A stretch of DNA of 64,000 nt, from NCBI GenBank assembly GCA_963727445.1, contig CAVSGI010000020.1:768001-832000 (forward strand). The letters are read 5' to 3'. The notes beneath the pieces are model-generated. The model made no database searches. It worked only from the letters and a program-made list of their open reading frames with translations, and was not told where the DNA came from. This document shows, in pieces, positions 54,219-64,000 of this stretch (its first letter is position 1; every line of letters starts with the position of its first letter). A program made the translations under genes and the position numbers. The DNA comes from an uncultured delta proteobacterium. Its GTDB lineage: Bacteria; Myxococcota_A; Polyangia; Polyangiales; B10-G4.

Positions 54219-56264
54219 GTGGTCCGGGCTGCGATGCTCATCTTCCTCTGGGCGGCCGTCTTCGTCAGCGGGGCTGCCGCGCAGGCCGGACGGGTTCCCA
54301 TCATCGAAGCGGGACGCGAGGCGGAGATCCTCGCGCTCTTCGAGCCCTATCAGCTGGGGGAGGAGCTGCCCGGCGGCTATCGACTGATGAACGTTCAGGT
54401 CGACGTGTCGTCGATCCAGATCGGCCTGGTCGGGCCCGAAGACCGTCGCGTCTCCCTTCGCCTGACGCCGCCCGAGTTGGCTCCGGACGCGCCGGAACAG
54501 ACGGAGAGCTTCGCGATCGTCCACGAGAGCGGCGAGGAGGACGCGGACGCCCAAAGAGCGGTCCGTGCGTTGCTCGCGCGGGTTCGGGCGAACGACGACG
54601 GCCACTTCTACCGGCGGCGCGCCCTGCCACCGGACCCGACGCTGAACCAGGCCGCGCAGCGGGAGGGGCCCTGGTATGTCGACGGGCTCGCTCTGTGCGC
54701 GCTCGCGCTCGTCTTCTTCCTCTTCGTGCTGGGGAGGGACGTCGCGAGGTCGAAGCGCTCGGCCCTGATCCCGGTGCTCGCGCTCACCGCGCTGGGCGCG
54801 CTCCTGCGTGTCGCCATGTCGCCGGCGACGATGATGGGCGCGTGGCCCTTCAGCCGCACCAGCATCCTGATGCGCTTTGTGTGGAACAGCCCACTGCTCG
54901 CCTCCATCATCGAGAGGTCGCACGGCACGCTCTACTTCTTCGATCTGGTCACCACGGTGAACCTGATGTTCGCGTTCTTCACGCCCGCCGCGGTGTACCT
55001 GCACGCGAAGAAGCTCCTCGAAGATCAGCGCGTCGCGCTGCTGGCGGCCCTGCTGGTGACGCTCTTGCCGTTGCACGTCCGATTCTCCCAATCGGAAGTG
55101 GCGTTCATCCCCTCGATCGCCCTCAGCTCCTACACCTTCGTCCTCGTTCACACCGCGCTCAAGGATCGCTCGAAGTGGGTCCGCCTCGCGGCCCTCGCGT
55201 TCCTTCCCCTGGTCGCGTCGGCGATGTTCGTCGCCCGACCCCTCAATCAGATCTTCCTACCGCTCCTCCTCTGGACCGCGCTCTACCTCTCCCGGCGCGC
55301 CGCGCCGCTCTCACGTCGACTGATTGTGAGCGGGCTGGTCACCGTCGTCGGCATCCTGACCTTCGTCTACGTGACGGTGCCGCTCTATCGGGGTCAGATC
55401 GTGGAAGGCGCGAGCATCTCGACCGTGGTCAACGGCCTCGTCACCTTCCTCTCGCCGGCGAAGAACACGCTGCTCTACCCGTGGATCACTCCGCCGGGGG
55501 TCATGCTCCTCGCCCTCGGGGGCGCGTGGACCTCGACGCATCGGCGAGGCCCGGAGCGCGATCGGGCGGTCTTCCTCATGGGCTGGCTGCTGCTCTTCTT
55601 CGTGGCGCATGCGTACGTCGTGCCGCGCGCGATCGCCATGCAGGCCCGCTACCACCTGCACCTGGTGGTCCCCTTCGTGATGCTCGCCGCGATGGCGATG
55701 GCCAAGCTCTACACCCGGCGGCGCGCGATCTTCTGGCTCACCTTCGTGTATGTCTTGTCGATCCCCCTGCTGCACCGAGGGTTCATCGAGGACGTCGCCT
55801 TCGACGACATGCGGGAGTACGCCTTCGTCCGGAGCGCGGCCCACGACGTGCCGGTGGGCTGCACCGTGATGGAGTACACGGGCGCCGGCGACTTCGACGC
55901 GGACGTGCGCTTCGACCGGGCGGGCGAGGTCCTCGAGGATGGGGCCGAACGCCGACTCTACGCGGCCGTTCCCATCGGCGCCGCCGTGCCCGGGGGAGGG
56001 AGCGAGCTGACCGCCGCCGCCCGCGACCTCCTCGCGGAGCCCCCAGAATGCCTCTATTACTACGAGGGGCTCTTCTGTTACGGCCGCAAGGAGCCGGGAG
56101 AGCCCATCGCCGGGGCCTGCGCCGAGATGCACCGGGCGGCACACTTGGAAGAGGTGACGCGGACGCGCTTCGAGCATCGACTCTACGATGGAAACCTCAG
56201 CGGCGGCCTCGAAGGCCGAGAGCGAGCGCCGATCGTTCTCCGGCTCTACCGCGTGGTTCCGTAG
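54219..56264 (+). CDS. Polytopic membrane protein, GT-C-fold glycosyltransferase-like
   Basis: Signal peptide, soluble N-domain, many TM helices with ALLAALLVTLLPLHVRFSQSE (ArnT/PMT-like pattern), Cys-containing C-domain; heads an operon with sugar genes. Confidence 0.65.
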   Translation: MVRAAMLIFLWAAVFVSGAAAQAGRVPIIEAGREAEILALFEPYQLGEELPGGYRLMNVQVDVSSIQIGLVGPEDRRVSLRLTPPELAPDAPEQTESFAIVHESGEEDADAQRAVRALLARVRANDDGHFYRRRALPPDPTLNQAAQREGPWYVDGLALCALALVFFLFVLGRDVARSKRSALIPVLALTALGALLRVAMSPATMMGAWPFSRTSILMRFVWNSPLLASIIERSHGTLYFFDLVTTVNLMFAFFTPAAVYLHAKKLLEDQRVALLAALLVTLLPLHVRFSQSEVAFIPSIALSSYTFVLVHTALKDRSKWVRLAALAFLPLVASAMFVARPLNQIFLPLLLWTALYLSRRAAPLSRRLIVSGLVTVVGILTFVYVTVPLYRGQIVEGASISTVVNGLVTFLSPAKNTLLYPWITPPGVMLLALGGAWTSTHRRGPERDRAVFLMGWLLLFFVAHAYVVPRAIAMQARYHLHLVVPFVMLAAMAMAKLYTRRRAIFWLTFVYVLSIPLLHRGFIEDVAFDDMREYAFVRSAAHDVPVGCTVMEYTGAGDFDADVRFDRAGEVLEDGAERRLYAAVPIGAAVPGGGSELTAAARDLLAEPPECLYYYEGLFCYGRKEPGEPIAGACAEMHRAAHLEEVTRTRFEHRLYDGNLSGGLEGRERAPIVLRLYRVVP

Positions 56265-58184
56265 ATGGCCCGCTTCCCCTTCGCTGGCGTCCTCTTGATC
56301 GCATCTTCTGCGGTGGCTTCACCAGCGGCTGCGCAGCAGTGCGAGGACGCCGAGGACTGGGTGCGCGCTTGCGGATCGGAAGACGTGGACGTCGCGCTCG
56401 TGCGCTGCCTGCCCGGGGGCCTGGTCGTCTCCGCGCGGAGCGGCGACACCGCCCTCGAAGTCGAGATCGCGCGGGACCGTCCGGGCGCGTTCCAACAGGT
56501 CGCCGACTTCGGCGTCTCCCCCATCGCCGAGTACGCGGATTGGTCCCTGGCGCCCGAGCCGGTGCATCGCGCCTTCGAGACGGTCGCGGCCTGCGTCGCC
56601 CGCGACCCCTCGCTCGCGGTTCCCGAGGGGCGCCTGTCCGCCGGCGAACGCGGCGTCGCGATCCCCGCGCCGCCCGTCCCCTGGCTCCCATTGTCCGCGT
56701 TGCTCCTTCTGATGGCGGCCCTCGCGCTCCATCTCTTCCGCGCCCGCCCTTCGCTCCGGGCCGCGGCGCTCGCCGTCGCGCCGCCCCTCGGGCTGGCGCT
56801 GGTCGCCTACGTGGGCCGCACGCTGATCGCCAGCCCCTCCTTCGTCCACCAGAACGGGCAGGGTCCTCTCTGGGTGAGCCATGCCCTCTGCGTCACCCCC
56901 GTGTACGGGCCGGGCTACTTCGAGGTCTTCGGCTCGCTGGTCCGGATGATCGGCGGCGAGCCGAGCGCGGCGGTCTTCACGGTGCAGGCTTTGCTGGGGG
57001 CGCTCGCCGTCGGGGCGGTGTGGGTGCTCGCCCGCGGCGCGTGGATCGGGCGTCCCCTGGCCCTCGCCCTCTCCCTCGCGGTCGCCTTCGAGCCAGGCCT
57101 CGTGCGCATCGCGCAGAGTGAGAGCTACTTCGGAACCATCTCGTCCCTGCTCCTGATCGCCGGCGCGGCCCTCTCCATCGGCGCCCGGCGCCGCGGGCCC
57201 GCGGACCCCGAGTTCCTTCTCTGCGCGGGGGCGGCCGGGCTCCTCGTGGCCGAGGCCGCGCGCATCCATCCGGTCGCCTGGGTCGCTTCGGCCACGCTCC
57301 CGCTCGTGGTCGCGGTGGGTGGCGGGCAGCTTCGCCGGCGCCTCTTGGATACGGCCGTGGCCACGCTGGTGGTGGGCGTCCTCGCCGCGGCTTTCGCTTT
57401 TGGTGTCATCGGTAGCGTCACCACGGGCGGCGTGGGCGACGATTGGCTGCCCGACTTCTTCTCGCGGATCCCCAGAAGTCGCCTGCACTGGGGGCTCCTC
57501 TTCGCGACGGTCGGGGCGCTCGCCATCGCCTTCGGTGCCTCGCAACGGCGACGGGGGATCCTGCGCGCGGTCGTCTTGTTCGCCGTGATCGCGGTCGCCT
57601 TCGGCACGCACGTGATCGGGGCCGTCGGGCCGCTGATCGTCACCGGCTATCTCCTGCTCTTCCTGCCGGCCTTCGTCGCGGCGCTCGGCACCGGGCTCGC
57701 CGGGCTCAGGGCCGGGCGCTCGCCCTGGCTCCTCGCCGGGGGGCTCTTGCTGGTGTCCCTCGGCTACGCCGCTACGCGCGCGGGAGCGCTCTTCGAGCTC
57801 CCCACCGACGCGGCAGAACAGGCCTGGATCCTGACGCAGCGCTCGGAGTTGCCCGAGGACGCCACCGTATCGTTCCTGGGAGCGGCGGGGCCGCGCCGCC
57901 GTCTCCACCTCCCGCTCTACGGTGAATGCGGGACCGGGGAAGGGCCCGTCGCTTCGCCTCTCTCCGAGCAGAATGTCGGGCGCGACCTCCACGGGATCTG
58001 GTACCGCTCGTCTCTGTGCGCCACCGACGATGGACGGGCTCTGTGTGACGCGGTGGAGCGGCGCCTGTCGCTGAGGCCTCTCCAGACGACCGACCTCGTC
58101 GCGAAGGAGAGCATGGAAGGCCTCGGCTACGATGACGGAACCGTTCACGTGGGGTTCTACGCCATCGAGGAGCGCGCGCGATGA
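56265..58184 (+). CDS. Second polytopic membrane protein, GT-C-like, similar in layout to the upstream gene
   Basis: Same architecture; AVAFEPGLVRIAQSES matches LLPLHVRFSQSEV; C-terminal WYRSSLC...C. Confidence 0.6.
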   Translation: MARFPFAGVLLIASSAVASPAAAQQCEDAEDWVRACGSEDVDVALVRCLPGGLVVSARSGDTALEVEIARDRPGAFQQVADFGVSPIAEYADWSLAPEPVHRAFETVAACVARDPSLAVPEGRLSAGERGVAIPAPPVPWLPLSALLLLMAALALHLFRARPSLRAAALAVAPPLGLALVAYVGRTLIASPSFVHQNGQGPLWVSHALCVTPVYGPGYFEVFGSLVRMIGGEPSAAVFTVQALLGALAVGAVWVLARGAWIGRPLALALSLAVAFEPGLVRIAQSESYFGTISSLLLIAGAALSIGARRRGPADPEFLLCAGAAGLLVAEAARIHPVAWVASATLPLVVAVGGGQLRRRLLDTAVATLVVGVLAAAFAFGVIGSVTTGGVGDDWLPDFFSRIPRSRLHWGLLFATVGALAIAFGASQRRRGILRAVVLFAVIAVAFGTHVIGAVGPLIVTGYLLLFLPAFVAALGTGLAGLRAGRSPWLLAGGLLLVSLGYAATRAGALFELPTDAAEQAWILTQRSELPEDATVSFLGAAGPRRRLHLPLYGECGTGEGPVASPLSEQNVGRDLHGIWYRSSLCATDDGRALCDAVERRLSLRPLQTTDLVAKESMEGLGYDDGTVHVGFYAIEERAR

Positions 58185-58870
58185 CGCAGCTCTCCATCTG
58201 CGCACCGGCCTTCGACGAGGAGGGATGCATCGAGGAGGTCGTGCGCGGCTTTCTCGCGATGCTCGACCGCGAAGGGATCGACGGCGAGGTCGTCATCACC
58301 GACGACGGAAGCCGCGACCGCACCCCGGAGATCCTCGCGCGCGTCGCCGACGAGGACCCTCGCCTGCGCGTGGTCACGCCCGGACGAAATCAGGGCTACG
58401 GGCGCGCGCTCCGGGCGGCCATCGCGGCGGCTGAGGGCGAGCTGGTGGTCACCATCGACTCGGACGGCCAGTTCGACCCCGACGACATCCCGCGCCTGCT
58501 CTCGCGCCAGCGCGCGGGGAACTTCGATCTGGTCACCGGGCACCGCGTGCGCAAGCGCGACACGCCGCTGCGGGTCGGCGCCGATCTCGGGCTCCGGGCG
58601 CTGGTCCGAACGCTCTTCGGATTGCGCGTGCGCGATCCGAATTGCGCGCTCAAGCTCGTGCGCCGCGAATGGGTGCAGAACGCCCCCCTCGAAGCGGACG
58701 GCTACCCGACGCCCACCGAGATCGTCGTTCGCGCGCATCACGACGGCCTGAAGATCGCCGACGTCCCCGTCGCCCACCTCCCGCGCGTGGCCGGCACCAC
58801 CAAGCTCCGCCTCCTTCGGACGGCAGCGAACGCCGGCCGTTTCCTCCTCGCCCTGCGGATGTCGTTGTGA
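58181..58870 (+). CDS. Glycosyltransferase family 2, polyprenol-phosphate glycosyltransferase (DPM1-like)
   Basis: PAFDEE, DDGSRDRT, NQGYGRAL, IDSDGQFDP, DLVTG.R, RDPNCALK. Confidence 0.9.
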   Translation: MTQLSICAPAFDEEGCIEEVVRGFLAMLDREGIDGEVVITDDGSRDRTPEILARVADEDPRLRVVTPGRNQGYGRALRAAIAAAEGELVVTIDSDGQFDPDDIPRLLSRQRAGNFDLVTGHRVRKRDTPLRVGADLGLRALVRTLFGLRVRDPNCALKLVRREWVQNAPLEADGYPTPTEIVVRAHHDGLKIADVPVAHLPRVAGTTKLRLLRTAANAGRFLLALRMSL

Positions 58871-58900
58871 GAGGTGCTCTGGATGTAGACTTCTCAGAAG

Positions 58901-59832
58901 ATGACGACTCCGATCGGAGTGATCCTCGCGGCGGGTGAAGGCGTTCGGATGGTGCCGCTCTCCGCGGAGCGTCCGAAGCCCCTGCTGCCGGTCCTCGGAC
59001 GGCCGGTGATCGTCCACCAGCTCGCTTCGATGCGCGAGGTCGGGATCGACGAAGCGATCGTCGTGGTGGGGAAGGGCGCGACGGAGATCCGCTCGCGGCT
59101 CGGCGACGGGACGGCGCACGGCGTCCGCATCCGCTATGCCGAGCAAGAGGAGCCTCAGGGGATCGCGCACGCGGTGAGCGTGGTCGAGCCGCTGGTGGGC
59201 GACCGGCCCTTGTTGCTGATGCTCGGCGACGTCTTCTTTTCGGCGCCGCGCTTCGGCGAGCTCCTCGCCATGAGAGAGCGCGGATTCGCGGCGGTGCTCG
59301 CCGCGAAGGACGAGGAGGACCCCGCCGCCATCCAGCGGAACTTCGCGATCGTCCTCGCGGCGGACGGGAGCGTGAAGCGGGTCATCGAGAAGCCGCGCCA
59401 TCCGCCCACGCGGCTCAAGGGATGCGGCGTGTACCTCTTCGAGCCCGTCTTCTTCGACGCCATCCGTAGGACGCCGCGCTCGGTCCTGCGCGACGAGTAC
59501 GAGCTCACCGACGCCATCCAGGTCTTCATCGACGACGGCCAGCGTGTCGGCGTGGCCGAAGTCGTCGAGCGGGACGTGAACCTGACCTATCCGCGGGACT
59601 TGTGGGCGCTGAACCTCGCCGAGCTCGCGCGGACCGGCGAGAGCGTCTTCGTCGATCCCAGCGCCGAGGTCTCCTCTCGCGCCGTCCTAAAACAGGCCGT
59701 GGTGGGGGCGAACGCGCGCATCGAGGACGTGCGCGTCGAGCGCGCCCTGGTGTTCTCGGGCGCACGCGTGGATCGCGACGCCATCGATTGCATCGTGACC
59801 GAGACCGAGCGCGTCGCCTTCGAGGGCGAGGC

Positions 59833-59836
<4 letters not shown>
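58901..59836 (+). CDS. Sugar-1-phosphate nucleotidyltransferase (RmlA-like)
   Basis: ILAAGEGVRM.PL...PKPLLPV, QEEPQGIAHA, LGD, IEKP, EYELTDAIQ. Confidence 0.9.
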
Positions 59837-60748
<912 letters not shown>

Positions 60749-60768
<20 letters not shown>

Positions 60769-62107
60769 CGGGGAGGCGCCTCTTGGATCGCCTTCGCACC
60801 GCCTCGGGGCCGGTGGGCCCCTTTCTGAGATCGAGGAGCATGCCGCCCGGGTCGCTCTCGCGCACGGCATCCACACAGGCGGCGATGATGGCCTCGAGCA
60901 CCGCGGTGTCACCGCTCTGATTGCGATAGTGCATGTTGAAGGACGCGCTCCGCGCGAGGGCGCGCGCGCCTTCGTCGCGGCCGGTCAGGACGAAGTCGAC
61001 CCGCGACCCCTCCTGAACGAAGCGGTAGAGGCACGCGCGGCGCTGGAGCACGATGTCGTCGAGGGTCGCGCCCGTTCGCTCCTCCACGCCCTCGATCAGC
61101 GCGGCCCACAGGGGCTGATCGGTCTTGGGCGCCGTGCCTCTGCCCGGCTGATCCGAGCCCACCCACAGCCCGTCCTCGGGCTCTTCCCAGGGGGTCGTGC
61201 GGGGATAGGGCGTGAGCAGATCCTGCTCCCAGCCGTGCTTGGAGATGTACGGGTGGGTGAGACCCAGGCAGCTCTCGCTGTGTTCGCACTTGGCCTCGTA
61301 GAGACAGGCGAACTTCGGATAGGTCTCGTAGAACTCCTCGACCACGATCACGTCCGGCTGGGTGTTGTCCTGGAGCTTTTCGTGCTCGCCGAGCAGGCAT
61401 CGCGGCACGTACTTCACCGCCGCTTCGATCCCGTATTCGCCGCAGCGCGTGAGGGCGCGGCGGAGTGAAGGCGCGAGCTCGGCCATGGGCGACAGGAGCC
61501 CCCGCTCGTCGGCGTAGTCCTCCATGGGGAGGTAGTTCCACCACTCCATCCGCACCGGCGACAGATCGCGGACGGTGTCCACGATCTCCGCGAGGTGCGG
61601 CTGGTTCAGGGTGGTGAGCACGGTATTGGTCATCAAACACACGCCGAGGGCCCGGAGGTTCTCCATCCCCGCCATCGCCTCGTCGAAGCTCCCTTCGCGC
61701 TGCGAGATGTAGTCCTGGGTCGCGGCGTCGTGTCCGTGGAGCGACACGAAGTACTCGTCAATCCCCGCCTTCACCAGCTTCTCGGCAAACGCCGGGTCGG
61801 CCATCAGCCTTCCGTTCGTCTGCAGCCGAATGTGCTCGAAGCTCCCCGAGGCGTGCGCGTAGTCGACGTAGTCGAAGAGCTTCTTTTCGAGGGTGACCTC
61901 GCCGCCGGTGAAGGTCACGCGCCGGTAGCGCCGGCTCTCGGTGTTGTCATCGACGGTCTTGATGAACTTCTCGAAGGGGATGCCTTTGAAGTAGTTCATC
62001 CCCTCCTGGACGATGCAGAAGCGGCACGCGCTGTGGCAGTGGAAGTCCACCGTGATGGTGAGGTCCTCGAAGCGCGTCGGCTCGAACCGTCCCTTGTAGC
62101 TCTGCAT
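60749..62107 (-). CDS. Radical SAM protein, HxsC-like, with an extra C-terminal domain
   Basis: CHSACRFC, FTGGEVT, QTNG, VSLHG, VPRC, CLYEAKCEHSESCLG; ATG overlaps the upstream stop. Confidence 0.85.
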
Positions 62108-62970
62108 CAGACGGTCCCGTAGTAGCTCGTCTTGCGGTAGACGAGCTCGCCCTTTTCGTCGTGGAGGTAGTCGATCCCCACGTCGAAGTAGAGGTGCTCG
62201 AAGGAAGCGCGGTGCTGGCTCACGAAGCCGGTGATGGCCTCCGGGTAGTCGAAGCGCTTCAGGAACCACTGGAGCTGACCCACGTCGATGCCCGAGTAGT
62301 AGATCGCGTCGCAGTAACGCTTCTTGGCGACGCAGACCTTCTTGCAGGCGAAGAGCTCCGGGATCAGCACCTTCGAGAGGGTCCGCGGATCCGAGAAGTC
62401 GACGTAGAGGCTGGCCTGAATCAGCGAGAGCACCTCGTCGATCTCGGGCTTGGGTGCCATGAACTTGTAAGTGTTCTCGAGCTGGATGGCGTCGGCGCGC
62501 ACCTCGTAGCTGCGGCCGGCGTGGGCGTCCTCGCCGGCGAGGTAGAGATTGAATTCGTCGACCGTGCCGCCGGCGGCCGCGGCCGTCAGATCGAAGCTGA
62601 CCATCATGTAGGGGATCGACTCGCGGATACGGGGCACGACGCGAATCCAGGGCGACAGGGCCTCGGTGAGCGAGGTGATCGTCGCCTCGGGCGACTCCTT
62701 CTGCGGGTCGTAGAAGTAGAGCTCCCACCAGAGCCGCTCGCCGTCCCACTTCACGCCCCACACCGTGAGATCGCGCCCTACGTGTGCCTGGATCGCCTCG
62801 ACGGGCTCGCGAAGCGCGTCGTACCCGCCGCCGGTGCAGAGAGAGCTCCACAGGAGGTTCTCGCTCCGCAGCTTGCCCTGCCAGGGTCGCCGCGGCCGAT
62901 AGGGCTCGAGGCAGTAGTCGAAATAGCGGTCGTGCTCGCTCGAGGGCAGGAGCTGTGAGGACGCGAGCAT
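62107..62970 (-). CDS. Hypothetical cytoplasmic protein, translationally coupled to the rSAM gene
   Basis: 287-aa aromatic-rich ORF with host-like codon usage; TGATG overlap. Confidence 0.75.
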   Translation of the reverse strand: MLASSQLLPSSEHDRYFDYCLEPYRPRRPWQGKLRSENLLWSSLCTGGGYDALREPVEAIQAHVGRDLTVWGVKWDGERLWWELYFYDPQKESPEATITSLTEALSPWIRVVPRIRESIPYMMVSFDLTAAAAGGTVDEFNLYLAGEDAHAGRSYEVRADAIQLENTYKFMAPKPEIDEVLSLIQASLYVDFSDPRTLSKVLIPELFACKKVCVAKKRYCDAIYYSGIDVGQLQWFLKRFDYPEAITGFVSQHRASFEHLYFDVGIDYLHDEKGELVYRKTSYYGTV

Positions 62971-63050
62971 CAAACGGATCTTAGTGCCTGGTCCAATGAC
63001 ACGGAAGGGTTGTCGCTCGTTCGTCGGCCGCCTCGCGGCGTCGACGAACC

Positions 63051-63837
63051 TCAGAGCGCCTGCACCAGCGCCTCGAGGAAGTCCTTCACGCCCTCGGGTC
63101 CCTCGACCGCGAGCGTGGTCTCCTCTGGACGGGTCGGCTGCTCCGGGGAGGCGACGAAGATCCCGACGCCGCCCATCGCGACCGCGCGCTCGATGGCTGG
63201 CAGGTCCGTGAGGTCGTCCCCCGCGTAGATCACGCTTCGGCACTGGGTCTCTTCGAGGATCGAGGCCAGGGCCTCGCCTTTGTCGCCGGCCTGTGACTCG
63301 GCCTCCACCACGTGCCGCCCGTCCCGCGCGTGGAGCCCGAGTCGTCGGGCTTCTCTACGCGCGCCGTTCAAGAATCGTCCGCGCTACGCGCGGGTCGCGC
63401 TCGGCGAGCTCTCGAACGTGGATGGCGCGCGCGCCGTGCTTCACCTCCACCCGCGCGCCCTTCGGCACGGCGTGCGCGTGGCCCCACGCCGCGAAGGAGT
63501 CGAGGAAGACGCGCTCCTTGGCCCGCTCCTTCGGCGTGCGCACCGATTCGCCGGGGGCAACGAGGAGGCGGCCGTGGGAGAGCGCGCGATAGGCCTCGGG
63601 GACGCGGACCATCCGCGCGAGCTGCGACGCGTCGCGGCCCGTCACCAGCGCCACGCGCACGTCGTCGTGATTCGCGAGCGCCCGGAGCAGGTCCTGCGTC
63701 TCGTCGGGGACGCGCGCCGCTTTCGGGTCACTGACGATGGGGGCCAGCGTCCCGTCCACGTCGAGGGCGACGAGAATCGGTCGGGGTAGGACCGCTGCCT
63801 CCATCGCCACCACCTGCGCGCTCACGCCCTCACTCAC
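63051..63837 (-). CDS. otsB: Trehalose-6-phosphate phosphatase (frameshift near 63373)
   Basis: LDVDGTLAPIV..P, LVTGR, VEVK...AIHVR; next frame VVE...DKG.A, YAGDDLTD; follows otsA. Confidence 0.9.
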
Positions 63838-64000
63838 CTTCCAGCCTCTTCAGATATTCGTCCGCCCATCGATGGACGTCCAGCTTCCTGGCCGCCGCCC
63901 GCAGCTTCTTCATCCGCCGGGTCTTCTCCGCCTCGCTCATGGTGGTCGCCGTCTGAAGCGCGTCGGCGATGCCCTCCACGTCGTAGGGGTTCACCTCGAT
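63830..64000 (-). CDS. otsA: Trehalose-6-phosphate synthase, C-terminal end (truncated by window edge)
   Basis: My translation: IEVNPYDVEGIADAL...M...E...RM..LR......DVHRWADEYL; overlaps the otsB start. Confidence 0.85.
   Translation of the reverse strand: MEVNPYDVEGIADALQTATTMSEAEKTRRMKKLRAAARKLDVHRWADEYLKRLEGE

Overview
GC-rich, gene-dense bacterial DNA, most likely from Myxococcota: it has a MYXO-CTERM-type sorting tail, many Cys-rich lipoproteins, a Ser/Thr kinase and a sigma-54 two-component system. I saw no rRNA, tRNA, CRISPR array or transposase. The dominant theme is a dispersed radical SAM (rSAM) system. An hxsD / hxsD-like / hxsB (His-Xaa-Ser system) operon end lies at the left edge. 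Six more genes carry HxsC-like rSAM domains, one of them fused behind a cobalamin-type rSAM module, giving 7 genes and 8 CxxxCxxC motifs. No His-Xaa-Ser precursor is visible in the window. Interleaved are a carbamoyltransferase module with a ferritin-like/SxtJ-like fusion, a five-gene lipid-linked glycosylation operon, many exported proteins, and housekeeping genes (speA, pdxRST, thyA, folA, otsAB, a GH13). By-eye patterns: (1) a shared R/K-x-L-P-V/L motif in five rSAM proteins; (2) an approximately 80-aa domain apparently shared by one rSAM and the membrane glycosyltransferase-like proteins; (3) a (GTCT)6 tract that puts the signal peptide of a giant lipoprotein out of frame; (4) -10 boxes 6-8 nt before many start codons, suggesting leaderless mRNAs; (5) eight frameshifts, six of which can be repaired by deleting one base to restore GATC, which points to sequencing error at a methylated motif. 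All family assignments come from motif recognition, not database searches.
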